A stretch of 62,716 nt of DNA, filler included, from Klebsormidium nitens (lineage: Eukaryota; Plantae; Klebsormidiophyceae), in assembly GCA_000708835.1 (NCBI GenBank). It is 5 parts of 5 records of this genome, joined end to end, with 100 filler letters (N's around TTAATTAATTAA, not from the genome) between each part and the next. Parts side by side here need not be neighbours in the genome. Positions count along the whole stretch, not along the records: positions 1 to 28,018 come from DF237805.1; 4 more parts are not named here. The stretch is one strand, 5' to 3'. Each line of letters opens with the position of its first letter. Positions within the stretch are counted from its first letter, which is position 1. Shown here piece after piece: positions 1 through 19,400 of the stretch. A model generated the notes under the pieces. The model had not been told where the DNA came from. It searched no databases and saw nothing but the letters and a program-made list of their open reading frames with translations. The position numbers were made by a program, and so were the translations under genes.

Positions 1-599
1 CGTATAGCTACCGGGGGATCCCCGCGAGGGGCTCGGAAAGCTAGCGCCGTTACAACCAAACCAATGCGCACTTCGACATTAGGGTGGCGAACATTAAGCA
101 TCGAATCTTTGATGCCATCGAGCGAGAAGCTCTGCCTGATCGTTGGATGGCATGCAGCTAGATCAACAGGGTGGCTGAACTGAGTCGAGACTATGCAACC
201 TTTGAGGCTCGTTCAGGCTTACCTCGCATGCCAAGAATCTCCTGAACGTCCAGCAAGATGGTCCTCCAAACTGCACAGATAAACAAATCAACATTCAATG
301 CCCAGACGCTCATGAAGAATTCGAGTGCACAACTCACACAGTAAGTGCGACTTTCATTGGACACTTTAACAAGAAAGTTTTTTTCCTGCTCCTACGGGAA
401 AACACTTACTGTGGATCAGTCACCAGGAGCACATTTACGCAAAAGCTGTCAGAGAAACGTTTCCAAGTTACTGGACAAGAACGTGCACCTACGTTGAATC
501 TGTTTTTGCAGCATCTCCACTGACTTACTTTTAGCCAAATAATCACGATTAGAATGCAATCTTTTAAGGCAGCTTTCTGACGAAAAGGCTAATCATCCA

Positions 600-3400
600 G
601 CAACCTCTTACCTTCAAGGCTCTTCCGACACTCCTCTGCTTCCATTGTAGCCTTATCGAGATGAGTAATGGCTACTTCGACCTCCTCGTATGCTCGTTGA
701 AGGGAAGGAGGGCCATTGTCATAATCCACAGGAAGGTTTTCATTGGCTGCCAATACGAAAATGGTTCTGGATCATGCACCGTGCTTCGATATTTGCCATT
801 GAGCTGATCTTAGCATCGCTGCCAGCAGAAGCCACAGCTGCACCAGAAAGTCTGCAGGGCCCCCAAGCAAGTTTGCACTTTATCCTAACAGCCTTGCCTT
901 GAACTCCACAGAAAAGGCTGCATCGTGACTCTTCAAACGGAGAGCTTACACACTCAATGCCACTGAGCTCAGAACCAAAACGACGAGTACGAATTGAGGC
1001 AGAAAGAAAGCAAGCAAATAGCACTCACTCAACCGAGCTTCTTCCTGCTCCAACCTGGCTACAGCCTCCTGGACTGCCCTCGATTTCAAGCGCACCAGCC
1101 GACCTTTCCTGTCATAAAGCTCGTACGGGTCTCGCTGGGACAGGTGCTCATAAGCTGCTGGCATACCTGCCAAGAACACCTTAGTGCCCAAATCAGGCCC
1201 GCTTCCTACATAAACAGCCTGAGTGTGTATTGTCTGGTTCAGGGGTTAGTTCTCTGGGGCTCACTTTGCCGCACGGGTTTTTATCTCTACTGGAAATCTC
1301 AGACTTGAGTATATCATGCATAGCTCCTCCTTTCCTGCACAGCGCCTAGACAACCCGTGAAACACCTTTGCTCAAGCTTAAGCTCCACCTGCCACAAACA
1401 TAAAGCAAGGGGGACAAGCTGTATTGCTAGGAGCGTGCCAGAAAATAGATGTGGTGCTGAGGTCTAACCCAGCGCTTCTTGGATCTGGTGTAGTTCAAAG
1501 GTGAAGTGCAACTCAAGTCAAAGAAGACGAGGGCAAAAGACCTCAACACGACTTACCCTCTCCCTCCTCCATACTGAGCATCTCCCAATCCCAGCTGCTC
1601 CCGACCTTGCCCATGGTCGTGTTCTCCTTGCCCACCTCTGCAGTACAAACACCCAACAATACAGAGCATTTGAAAAGGCTGAGCAGGCAGTAATTCTCTG
1701 TATATCTTTCCAGTGGAATGCCCCATCGTGGTCAATCATGTCAAACTCCATGATTGGTCTGCAAAGGGTGTTGCCAAACAATCTGGTTCAGCACACAAAA
1801 CTTGAACACATTGTAAGCAGGAGTATGTAGGCTGTCCAGGTTAGCCAAAATTGCAGACACTGCTTAGACCAGGCAAGGGACTAATGCAGAGCGACCGACT
1901 ATTTGCAAGCTACAAAAGGCACATGCATACAAGCACGGCAACAGAGCCAAAGAAGCCTGCTAGTGTGCTGAACTACTGGGCCAATGTTGACTTAGGGCAA
2001 CCTCTTGATGTGAATGACGTTCTGGATATAACAATGACATATGCGTCCTCTGTTACTTTTGTTTCAAACATTCAATTGTTAAGTTGATTCTTCACCACAG
2101 GACCAACCAAGTACTATCAGGATTTCAAGCCTCACCCTCGTAGACAAAGACAATGGATTGCAAACCAGACAAGCCTCCCTAAAATCAACCCCTGAAATAG
2201 ATAGACAAAAACGTCACAGACACAGCAGACTGACTCGGACTGCAAAATTCTCCAGTGCTACTACAGCTCTACTTACTTCCATCCTCGAGTGGCCCCTCTG
2301 CCTTCTGCCCTGCTCCCACAAGAAACACCAGCCTTTGCAAATGGGCCCTCACGTTCTTCCACATCGTTGCATGGTCAGCCGGCATGCTACGAGTTGCAGG
2401 ACCAATTCATTCTGACAGTGATTCGTTGCCTCCACTCTTCAGAATTACCTGTACCGTACCTTGTTTAATACGACGTAGTCTGTTCCAAAACTCAAATTGC
2501 AGGGGTCGCACGACGCAAGCTGCCAGGCAAAATGGTGGGGAAGCAGAAAACCCTGAGGTCCACCGCGAGTGCCTATCCGAGATTTTGCATATGACTTCAG
2601 GACACTTTGTTCTACTATTAAAACCAACATTTTTCTGGGGTGGCATAAGCGGTGGACCATAGCCTCCTCATCAGTGTTTCCATTGGGGGCCGGCCACCAG
2701 CCATTTAATCGCCCCGAATGGCCGATGTCGTCCCCCAATCGAGGACGCTTGGGGGCCCAACGGGCCCCCAACACCCGAGTCAAGGGGGCCCTCCGGGCCC
2801 CCAATCAGGAGCCTAGCTAGCCCTTTCTATCCCCCTACTCTGTTCTCAGGGGGTTTTGAAAACTTGACAATTTCAGTAGCTTTTATGCCACACGCTGCGC
2901 ATATGAGCATAAATACACCAAATACCCACAATAAATGGTTTTGGGGGGTAGCTGAACCTCTGATCGGCCTCTTAGACCCCATGTCTCCACAGCAGTTCAA
3001 TATTTGGTCCCAAAAGGGGGCTACTCTTAGCAGACATTGGGGGCCCCGGTTCGATGTCTTGGGGGATCTGGGCCCCCAATGGAGAGGCTGAGGGGGCCCG
3101 AATAGCCCCCTTTGAAAAGTCCCAGGGGGGCCCTTCGGCCGCCAATTGAAAAAGTTAGCACGGAAACACTGCTCCTCATTTTGTGACTTTATTGAAATGG
3201 CAAGATACCAGGCAAAATTGCAATATAAGTGTAACATATTCAAACAGTCATAAGCAGGTGAATTTTAGCTGGCGGAACCAACCGTACTGGTCAAATTTCG
3301 CCTTGAAACCCGCTATACGTGCGATAACTTCATCGCATAATCCACGATCAGTTCGGTTTCTGCTTTCCCTCAAGCTGGCCCAGCTTGCGAGTCGCGACCC
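600..3400 (-). CDS. Fragmentary multi-exon hypothetical gene or decayed element gene, function unknown
   Basis: Several short open segments end in GT donors on the - strand: SMPADHATMWKNVRAHLQRLVFLVGAGQKAEGPLEDG (~2270-2380), VGKENTTMGKVGSSWDWEMLSMEEGE (~1555-1640), GTKVFLAGMPAAYEHLSQRDPYELYDRKGRL...EEARL (~1030-1190) and RAYEEVEVAITHLDKATMEAEECRKSLE (~612-700). No family is recognisable and I could not join them into one clean frame. Confidence 0.25.
2672..3171. mobile_element. hAT-type non-autonomous DNA transposon (MITE), 500 bp
   Basis: Perfect 10-bp TIR CAGTGTTTCC (2672-2681) / GGAAACACTG (3162-3171). Perfect 8-bp TSD CTCCTCAT (2664-2671 and 3172-3179). Subterminal clusters of GGGGCCCC-type motifs and no coding capacity. 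A CAG-starting TIR with an 8-bp TSD is typical of hAT elements. Confidence 0.9.
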
Positions 3401-3626
3401 CTGACTCGTAGTACCGTAGTACTTCCTGCATGGGCGCAGCTAGGCACAGTGCACACGCCTTGTGTGATTTCGACAAGCGAAGAACTCTGCAAAACATTTC
3501 ACATTTTCAGATTCCGCATTCAGCGAACTTGAGCCTGAGGCGCTCTCAATCACCCAGCGACCAGCAGCCAGCGATTTAGCGCTCTAGCATTCTCAGCTTT
3601 TAGCTAGTGCCCACGCGCCCGCTCGT

Positions 3627-5610
3627 ATGCACTTACTGTGCTTGCTAGCTATAGCGTCGCTGCACGCTACGCGCCCCAGGTTCACCACTGCTGCCCTTCA
3701 CAGGGCATCCGCGGGGCTCAGCACTGGCCCTCGCTGTTCACTGCAGACCGCCGGCCTCCGAGCGGTAAGATTTTGCGCTTCAGCATTCCCCTTAGTTTTG
3801 AGGAAAGTTTGAAACTGAAAAAGAAGCTTTAGTGCGATCGTATGGTGACTCTGACATCTTTGAACAGAAAAGTGTTGGTGCTGCTTATCATGAACAAAAT
3901 TTGGGTTCTATGAAGTAGGTGTTTCTGCCAGTGTTAGCTAAAACGTGCTTAGAAGCTCGGGTGCTTACAAACCAAGCACAATCTGCTTGAACAATAGCAA
4001 ATCTTTTTCTGATGAAGAAAACAGGGCGTCTACTCTCAAGCAAACTTCCGAAGGGAACGCAAATAGATTCAACACTTAGCTCTGACCTTACAACCACAAC
4101 AATCTGGAGATTGTGGTCAGGGGTATGAGTTGCAATAGGGAAAGCCTGAAGCAGAGCTTTGAAGTCAGTAACCCTTGAAGGGCCCTAAGACTAAAGCTAC
4201 TCAACCAACAAAGCGCGGTTGTTGCAAAAATTTCTTCTTTCTTTCAGTCTCCCCATTGGAAAGCTCATGTTCCTTTGTGTAAGGACTCCCAAAATTCTCT
4301 GTTCTCTTTAACATCCATTCTCCACTCACACTCGTAAACCAGCTTCTGAGCAAAGCTAAGGAGCCCTTCTTGTTAGTCTTCCAGACTATTAACTGATCCC
4401 AACTTCATTCCCTCGTGTCCGCAGCCGAGCGCCCCCCTCGTCCGCCGCCCCAGCGCCACCGCCCCGCTCCGGCGCCCCACCCCCACCCTCTCCAGACCCC
4501 TGCAAACCCCCACGCGCCTCGCCCCCATCAGGACCAGAGCGCCACTCGCAGCCTCCACCTCCTCTCCGCTCAGCCCGATCCCAGAGCACTCCCCGCTCTC
4601 GTTCTCCACCAGGAGCCCGACGACTCTGTTGGCTCCCAGGAGCCCGATCGTCCCAATAGACCCAGAGCCTTTCATTGGCATGGCTGAGGTTGAGGCTAGG
4701 AGGAGGAGGGAGACACTGGAGGCAGCGGTTTGGGGTGGGAAGGTCTTCCGGCCGGCGGGGGTTGCGGGGAAGGGGACCCACAGGAGGGCGGAGGCGCCGG
4801 CGAGGCGGCAGCCGCCGGCGCCCAAGTTCCAGGAGTTTCACCTCAGGACAGAGGTAAGTTCGTTGAACAAAACAATGTACTGTTGACTGCAAGTTGCTCA
4901 GAAGCTTTCTTTTTGCAACTCCAAACGGGTCTTTGCACATCTTGATTGCAACAAGGATAAGATACTTTGGTAAGATATCGTGACTTCACTGAAATCAGCA
5001 TCAAAGTTGCATGACACTACGGTGTTGCCTAGAACGTCTCATACCTGCGGGATGAAACTTGTACCGGGTCTGGCAGAGCTGTTAAGGTCTAAAAGCAACT
5101 GGTACTTGTCTCCAGGTGCGGGGCATCATGCCGCAGGCAGAGGTGGCGCGGCAACGGGCAGTGAAGGAGCTGGGGTCCCTGTGGGACGCCAACCTCTTTC
5201 ACGCCAGGCCGGCGCCCAGGTCGCTGAGGCATGGGCCGCCCGTGGTGAGTTTGCTCACTGTTTCTGACATAAAGCTTCTGATATCTTTGAGTATTCCCTT
5301 CAAAGTCATTCGGGAGAAGATTTTCAATGCAGTGGTTGAATTCAATTAGTCTGCTTTCCTTGACATGAGACGAGCCAAATGTTGTCCGTTGCATCTTACG
5401 CTGATATGCAATTCTCAGCTGTCACTTATGGGCCTGCAAATCAATGACACAATCCTAATAATGAAGCCTCCACCCACTTCTTGACTCGAGTTCCTAACCA
5501 TTGTGCAGGAACTGACACGGATGTCTCCATCAAGGAGGGCGGCCCTTCAGGGGAAGGCAACAGGGGCAGTAGATAGGTCCAGCAGGCACTGAGTCTAGGC
5601 AGGTAGTAAA
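3627..5610 (+). CDS. Hypothetical multi-exon protein with Pro/Ser/Arg-rich N-terminal region
   Basis: Possible first exon from ATG 3627 to a GTAAG donor near 3765. Open exon 4425-4853 between an AG acceptor and a GTAAGT donor (PSAPLVRRPSATAPL...KFQEFHLRTE). Exon ~5116-5244 (VRGIMPQAEVARQRAVKELGSLWDANLF) ends in GTGAGT. Possible exon from 5508. No recognised domain. Confidence 0.35.
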
Positions 5611-6959
5611 ATATGAGCGGGCACTGCAGCGGCAGGTCCTGCATATACAGATCTTCTAGACCGGACTGTTTATTCTTGCACGCAAGTTACTGCACACTGC
5701 CATAGACTTCGAAAAATTGCTTAAGACTGTGCCCGCTGGCGCTCTGTTAATATACTGCCCCTGTTGCCCCCCTGCCTTTTTGCGTTCACTGATTTCACTC
5801 AATGCTTCTTTCAGGCGTCTGTTGAAGAAGCTGTCTTTCCAGGCTAATCGAATTTCCGTGCAAATGCATCATTTTAGGAATACTTTCAATCCATTTGTCA
5901 TCTAGGGATGTGGTGCTTATTGCAATTCAATTGCTTGTACCTGTTCAAAAGACTATGACTCACAAATTGGCGCTGCGCGTATACGATACGATTGGGGCTC
6001 AGACACATATGCAATTTACGAGATCGATGAATCTGAGTTGATAGTACTTCTGTTATTAAGCATGCCCGGCACTAGTGACATGGCTGGCTCTGCTGCCGAA
6101 TTCATCCTCTTAGTATATATAGTCTCTTAAGTTACGCGCGTACTTCTTCAAATGTGCCAGCTAATGATATCTGAACTAGCTGCATGGGTCATGCATTCGA
6201 TTAAGACGACCGTCATGACAAAGTTTAACTTACATACAGAATGGGAGCATGATCAACATTGCATGCGCCGGTCGCAATCAATCTGCACATCACTGTCAGT
6301 GTGCTTTTGTTAGTACGGCCCGGCATGAACAGTCACAGGTACAGAGGTTGAATGTGCTGCATATAGGGCCGGGCCGGGCCGCCCTGATTTAAGGTCAGAA
6401 GTTAGTATCGTAATACTGAATCGTAGTGGAAAAGAATTGCGTAGCGCAGTTGCTTGCCATGAAGCTTTTCAAATATCGGATTAAAATTGGGTGTCTGCTT
6501 GTACTCCGATGGCTTCGATGTGGAACTGATTACGTACGGTCCTATAAAATCCCATGTACTCGATCAAGGGCCCCGCAGGCTTTACAACGTGCACTCAGAA
6601 TATGCAAACCGTGTGTGTATCCGAAAAGCTGAGCTTTCTCGGCGCTAGTCGGCTATTCTCCGGCGACGTTACGTATCTCGTTGAATGAGTGGCCTTGTCC
6701 TTTATCCTCCCGCAGCTCTTTTACAAGACTGCTCAACATGAATAAAGAACCAAGACGCATGCTCCTGCATCTCTCCGGCAGAAAACGAACACCACTTTTT
6801 GGGGCTGTCCAATTGAGATCAACTGCAGCAGCGGCTACCAAGGCGTCACAAGAGCGAGCTACCAGTACCTTAACTAATCAGCAACGACATTAGCAATGAG
6901 CCCTTTTGGACGCATGAATGTGAGGTACCTCGTTAGTCCCCTTGTCAGAACGGAGGCGT

Positions 6960-12810
<5,851 letters not shown>

Positions 12811-13466
12811 TGTTCTTGCTTCAATTGCAGATGCTATGCGCTGATACGCTGTGGGGAGACAGAGTCAGATTGCCAAAATCGATGCTTGCATACAATCAGC
12901 GTGGATTCTGAGCGCACCAGAAGTTACCTGAATACAACAGTTGCGTATTAGAGTGCATCAGACTGGTCGTTAAGGATAGGGATGAGATTGATAAAGAGAA
13001 TGGCAGAAGACATTATCAGCCCCACGTCGTTTCTCACGAGAGACAGGTCCTCAGCACCTTTGTCGATCAGGCAGACCTGTGAACTGAACAGTGTGCAGCT
13101 CAGCAAAGCTCTGCAGCCTCAGGATCGCTTCAACTTCAAGTTCTTGTCTTGGAAAACTGCTTTAGTAAAAGCTACATAAAAGGAGGCCCCGAGGGGCTGC
13201 TTATGACGGCTGCTTGACTGCCGGCGCTTTGGCTCCCGTTACAAAACCTTGGGTTCTGGATATATGTTGAGCTGCCGGTTCTGAGGCCGCTTGCCCCGAC
13301 GTTCAGACGCTGCCTGTCTGTTTTAATATCATGCAACAAAACTCTGGTCATTTGCATTGAATGTCACAGGACGAATTGCACTCTGTAGCCGCCTGTCAAT
13401 CGTAGGGGGAGTTGTAACTCGTGAGGAGCTGACTTCCCTATAAGTAACTTTCTTCCATGCAGAAAA

Positions 13467-16400
13467 ATGGCGCACTATCCAACAGTTGACACCTCACCCC
13501 CCGAGCTGGAAGCTGCTTCTGTAGAGCAGCCTTTTCTTGCAGCAGGACAGTCTTCAAACACAGCAAGTCAGCGGCTTGGGTATCATTCTGGACGGCGCTC
13601 CTACAGGGATGCTTTTTTCCTGGTGAGCACAAAGAGCTTCCTTGTCGTGTACAGTGCATCCAAACAATGCTTGTTGATTGATTGCCGTTCTGTATAACCG
13701 AAGATTGTGTGCAGTAGAATTTCACACAGCTTGTATTGCATGGAGTTGCCGTCTTCCCCCTAGCATGGCTGGAAGCAGACGAAGGGCTGTGTGGAGCCGC
13801 CTGCTCGTTGAACCATCAATCCACCAGCCTATTTAATTCCGTGAAGACTGAAGCAACTCGACGAAGCGTGTGCTAGCGCAAAAGATACTGACATCAAGAG
13901 TTGAAGTAGAAAGTAAGTCCATATTTTGGGCAGACTACAGCACGTGCAGAATCTAAGCTAGGTCCCAGAAACAATTTACACTGACCAATTGAAACTCAGC
14001 GAGGAGCAATGTGGTACATATTAAACTCCCGCTCAACTTAGAGCGCCCTCACGACCCACTTCAGATTGAAAATTTAGAACCAGGTACAAGTGACACGTTG
14101 TAGAAGATTGCAATGCTGAGCACTGCCCTGACTAGTCTATGGCGAGAGTCAGATATGTGGTCCAAGTTTGTCGATGGCTGAGCTCTTAGTCAGGCCCCCA
14201 ACAACAGGAATCCGTGAGTCCTTCTCTCTGCTACTATAAGAAGTTGTTCACTTTTTGCAGGTGCTCTTTTTGACGGCGCTTGGCGCCACCGTCGGCATTG
14301 GCATCTATGGGATCTTGCACAGAAACCGGGACTTTCTGGACCTTGTGGTAAGTGGACCTTGTGTTGAGAGGTTGCCCCCAGAGGTTGAGCATTCTATTGA
14401 AGAGGTCGCGAGACAAAGTGGGTTCAGCCCGCGGGGGCCACTCGCTTCTTGCGAAAGGAACCCAGAGCTGAGTTTCTCTTTTTGGGAAGTCTACGGTTGA
14501 ACTTCATGCACAAAAGGTAGAAGTGTCCCGTCATACATGAAGCGTTCGCTCAATTGCCATATCTCACAATCTCACAAATGCCCAAGACTAGTTTTTGCAT
14601 GCTTACCTCACAAAGGGCAAAACGATCATTTCTATAATTTAGAAAGGCCAGTAACGACAATGTATTCTTCCCTTCTCATGCATTGACCCCGTCCTGCAGG
14701 GAAAGGACTCGCTCAATGATCCTGCCAACTGCCCTGCTTACCACACAGACAACGTCACGCTTCTAAACCACCTGAGGAGCAACGAAGCTACTCTTGGGGC
14801 CCTGGCGAAGGCTTTTTTGACTCCTGTGGCGGTCACGCTTGGAGCGAGCGTTGTCCTCGGTGAGTTGAACCCGGATTTTTGTTCGCAGGCTGAGGGTGTG
14901 TTCAGATATATGATTGAAGTCGGGTGTTCGCCCAGTCTGTGAGCTGTATATACATAGACTGCTGTAGAGGGGAGATAAGCTCTTTCCCTTTTGATCAAGT
15001 GGACTTACAGCAGACCTTTGGCCACACGAGGAAGCGACGCATCCCATTCATCTGCTTAAAAGTCTCGCTGAAACGTCCAAGCGGCTACACTGAGTCAGCC
15101 AGCAGTCATGCAGACAGGTCCAATTTGCAGTCAATCATCTCTTAGAAGGATGGTCAGCAGAATTGGCGCTTGGAAGAGAGCCCTCGAGACTATGGGAAAG
15201 ATCCAACTGATCTGTGAAGTTTCCTTCCAGGTCTTATCCTCCTGTGGCTCCTCAAGACCGTCCCCTTCTTCCTCGTCTATGCCACCGTCAGCCTCGTGGT
15301 AAGTGTCCATATTTTCAATTCGACGCATACCCTGAAAGACCTTTCGAACAATTGCTGGGCAACATTGCAGGCCGCGAGAAGAAGCTGGCGGCTTCGTCTT
15401 AAGTGACTTCGACTGTCAAAGCGCCCTCTGCGGTTAAAACTTCGGGGTTCTCAGCAGTCAATTTTCTGAATTGTACTGCAGCTTATCTCAACGTATCAGG
15501 AATTATAGCAAACATCATTTAGGTGTCCATTATAAAATCAGCAAATCTCGAGTGGAGACTGCATTGTCTTCTAAGCGCTGGCTCGGGCGGTCTCACCTAT
15601 TCAAACCGTGGACACAGCGCCAATGCTGATGACCACTGTCGTTGTTATTGCGAGTTCCTGTTGCAAGTGGAACCTGACCCGACGTGCATCCTGTGCAGGT
15701 CTTGTCGCCAGCGCTGGGAGGGCTGGCAGCGTACTCCCTTGCTCGTGATGACAGGCAGAGGGACCCGCAGATCGTTCTGTACCCAGCGGGGGCCACCGCC
15801 GTCCTGGCATTCGTCTTTTGGTACATTCGAGAGTAAGTTGGACTAGTCTCTTGCGAAGTGAAGTTGCAGAAGAGTGCTGAGATTGCATGTGCAGACCACT
15901 GGCGCAAAGGCCTCCCTTGCTGAATGTCACTGGAGCGACTTTCGGGGGGTAACTATACCGATTGCTGAATTGCCAAATCGTGACGCTAGCGCAAAGAAAG
16001 GCTTATTGGCAGCGCCTTTGCGCAACCGCGTTGCAGCTCATTAGCCAATAGTTCAGCATTAACATCACGACGTAAAAAGCATTATCTCTAGTGTTTTCCG
16101 GGTCTTCTCCGACCTGTTCGGAACGGTCTAACAACGTAGAAACATTGTTTTGACATCTGACCGTGACTCCATTCTGTTCCACTCATCCAGCAAGTTGGCC
16201 CTGACGGCCCGTCTCCTGGGCTGCTCGGCGGCCGCACTGAGAGAGAATCTGAGCCTGGTAAGTGAACACCGGCGGGGCCTATTTCGAACTGAGCATCAAT
16301 CCGTGATAATCAGCATTTCGGCCTGAAGATGTCGCGAAGCTACGACTTCAGTGCGTTGCAGGCCTAGATCTTAGTTGTTTCGAAGCACCGTCTTGGGAAG

Positions 16401-19400
16401 AACTTCGTCGACTTGGCGGCTTCAAGTGTGATCTTGCATCTTCTGCCAACAACGCTTTCGGTCCATGATAGCGCCAGCTGCTTCGCCATCATTCGTTCCC
16501 TTCCTTTCTGCTGATACCCAAACGCCTTAAGCACGTCGAGGGCCGAGATCAATTTCAATGATGGCTTAAATGAAACACAGGACCCGCACTTCTCTTGCAG
16601 TTGACTTTCGTTGCGCTCGTCCAAGTGTTCGCGGTTGTGATTTGGGTCCCCATCCCCGCCCTGATCGGGGTTGCCTACACAGACGGCCGTCTCGCCCCTA
16701 ACCCGGACCTGAAGCCCGGCCAAGCGTGCGGAGCAAATTATGACGTCACGTGCTGCGCTTGGCAGCCCAAAAGGTAAGCACGCCGGCACATGGTCTTCAT
16801 AAAGCTGGGTGTGGTTTGAAAATCCACAGAGCCGTGCGCTTTTACATCGAGCAATTCAAAAGCTTATTGGAATGGTCGAACCGTCAGAGCAGAATTTGAG
16901 ACGTGACAAGGTATTCGTGCCGGACACACGGATCCTCAGAGCGCCATTATTGTCGATCAGTGGGATCAACGGCTTCTAAAGCACATAGTTGAAAGCAGGA
17001 ACTTTCAAAGAACGTCCAAGAGGCAGTCACGTTTGTCCCCGATGGCAATCAGGCACCTGGTTTGCCCTTGTTTCGCCTTTACCTACGGCATCTTGAGCAG
17101 TGTCTGTTCCTGCCCGCAGCTGGTTCCCAGCGTATGCCGCCCTGGCCGGCGTCGTTGCGCTGTGGCTGGCGGCTCTCGTGAACCACATCCAAAGCTTCAC
17201 AGTCGCAGGCGTCATAGCCCAGGTGGGTTGAAGCATCACTCCCAAACGGTCTCTCCATTGTTCCTGTCGTAAATAAAGAATCGAAAAATACCACTCTTTT
17301 GCTCAATGGACGTCGAGGAGGCTTCCAGCAGGAGTGCCTGTCTCCGTTAATTGCTTTTCGTCGCCCTTCTGTAGGCCTGCCGTTGGATTCCGGCATCTGT
17401 TCAAGATGATGAAATCTGAGCACCGCAAAGTCCACGCGCATCTTCTCGTTCTTCTCACTTGAGCCATCCTGGTCGAAAAGAAAAACAAAGCTCGGTCCGA
17501 GATCTTTTTGATTTAACAAGCCCCCGCAGCAAGGGCGATTTCTTTGGTCAAAAAGCTTCGGCAGAAGAGTGAAACCGGTGTCTGATTGGATGATTGCTTT
17601 CTTGTTGCAGTGGTATTTCGCAGAGCTGGGCCACCGGAGGAGGGCTCCCATCTGCAAGAACCTTCGGTCAGTGCGCTTTCTCATACTCTTGTGCATCAGC
17701 AAATGTCTCGACACTTGAAGCTGAGAACTTCCAGTCCCTTCTTCCGAATCCTCGCCGAATCTTTCCGCGCTGGAAGGCTGAGAAGTAAGCATGACATAGG
17801 CGATTTTGAAAACAAGTTGTGCATGAATCTGGTCGGGACGAACCGGGGACTTGAGTTTAATCAGTGAAGGCGTAGAAACCGCCCGATCTTGCGACCGGCC
17901 CTTCGTAGGATGTACTGTCAAACTGATGCAGATTCCGCCCAATCTCTTGAAGTTTCGACCGTGGACAGGTTGAACGAAAAACGTCATACAACCAGTCAGC
18001 TCCTTCAAGAGGAAGCAAGGGTTGTTGCGGGCTATCAAATGTTGAGTCGGGACCACGACTCTGAACTTTCCAGAACTTTCCAGAACTTTCCAGAACTTGT
18101 TCATAAAGTGGAACGTTTTCCTCACTGAGTTGACTTTTCTCCTCTGGTCATGCTTGGGACGCCCTCCTTACTGTTCTCAGTCGAAGATTGATCTTGTGGC
18201 CAACTTTTCTTGTGGCAGGTACGCGGTGGGCCCGTCGCTGGGCACGCTCTGCCTCTCCAGCCTGGTCGTAACGGTCATCTCTCTCGTCAAAGACGCCCTG
18301 GAAAAGTGAGCGTCTTTCTTGCTTCCATTGTTGCCTTCGTCTGTCGCTTGCAAGTATCCGCCTTTTGCTAGCATTGAGAGTTGCCAGCCCGAGACTTGCC
18401 TTTGGCAGCTCCAGAAGGATTACATACGTCAGCCGCAAAAGTGCGCGAGGAGAGTTGAAAGCTCCTATGACTCCATGCATTGCGAAGGAAGAGTTGCAGG
18501 AGTTCGGTGCGAGGACCCAGGTTGTGCCATCGGAAAGCCCCACGCTGAACCCAACGTTGGTCTTAATTTTAGAAGCCAAAATTGGCGGCCGTAATACCTG
18601 CTTCATGAAGATCGTCAACGTTCCAGCCTGAGATTGCCCGTGACGTCTTCTGGATGGACAAGGGTCCAAGAGCAGCAGCAGCCGTATTCACTGCGAGACG
18701 AAATGCAAAAGCTAGAAACTTCTTATCCGCAGTGCGAAGCAGAAGCTGCGGGAGAGCGGCGGCGAGAACCTGCTGCTGTCGTGCGTCGTGTGCTGCTTCG
18801 AGGCGATCCTGTCGGGCATCGAGTTCGTGACCAAGTTCACCATCATCACCGTTGCCATTACCGGCGACAGCTTCTGTTCCGCCGCGGCGCGCACCTTCGT
18901 CCTCCTACGCCGGAATCTGCTGTCAAGCGTCACAGTTGATAGCGTCTCGGTGAGTGGGGATGACAACGAAACTTGGATCCAGGATGACCTCGTGTTTCTT
19001 ATGGGGGGGTGGGCGGGAACCGTGTGTTCCAATAAATCAGCGAGTGCGAACCTTTGGGGCTTCGGTAGTGTTGAAGCGAGTCTCAGTGGGCACTGGTTGT
19101 CGACAGCCGTGTAATTAACGACGGGCGGAAATGGGCCTCTTTCTATCTGAGCAACCGTACGTATGTGACATTATTGCACATTGCCGTATGTGCAGTGTTT
19201 GAAGCGGGAAGTGTGAAGCATCTTTTTTCCTGCTTAGACGACCCTGGAGGTTTCGAATGTCCCTTTTAGCCCGGTACTGGCAGATATGGAGAAAAAATCT
19301 GCTCCGCTCATAGTAAGTGTACTGTGAGTGGTGGCTGGGCGAGTCTGGGGATTTTGGACGCTTTACATAGTTGTTTTTATCCTCAACCATAACCAACACA

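Noticed and set aside
6361-6390. GGCCGGGCCGGGCCGCCCTG resembling a transposon terminus
   Set aside because: No matching opposite TIR or TSD found nearby.
18062-18098. GAACTTTCCA repeated three times
   Set aside because: Ordinary short intronic slippage repeat.
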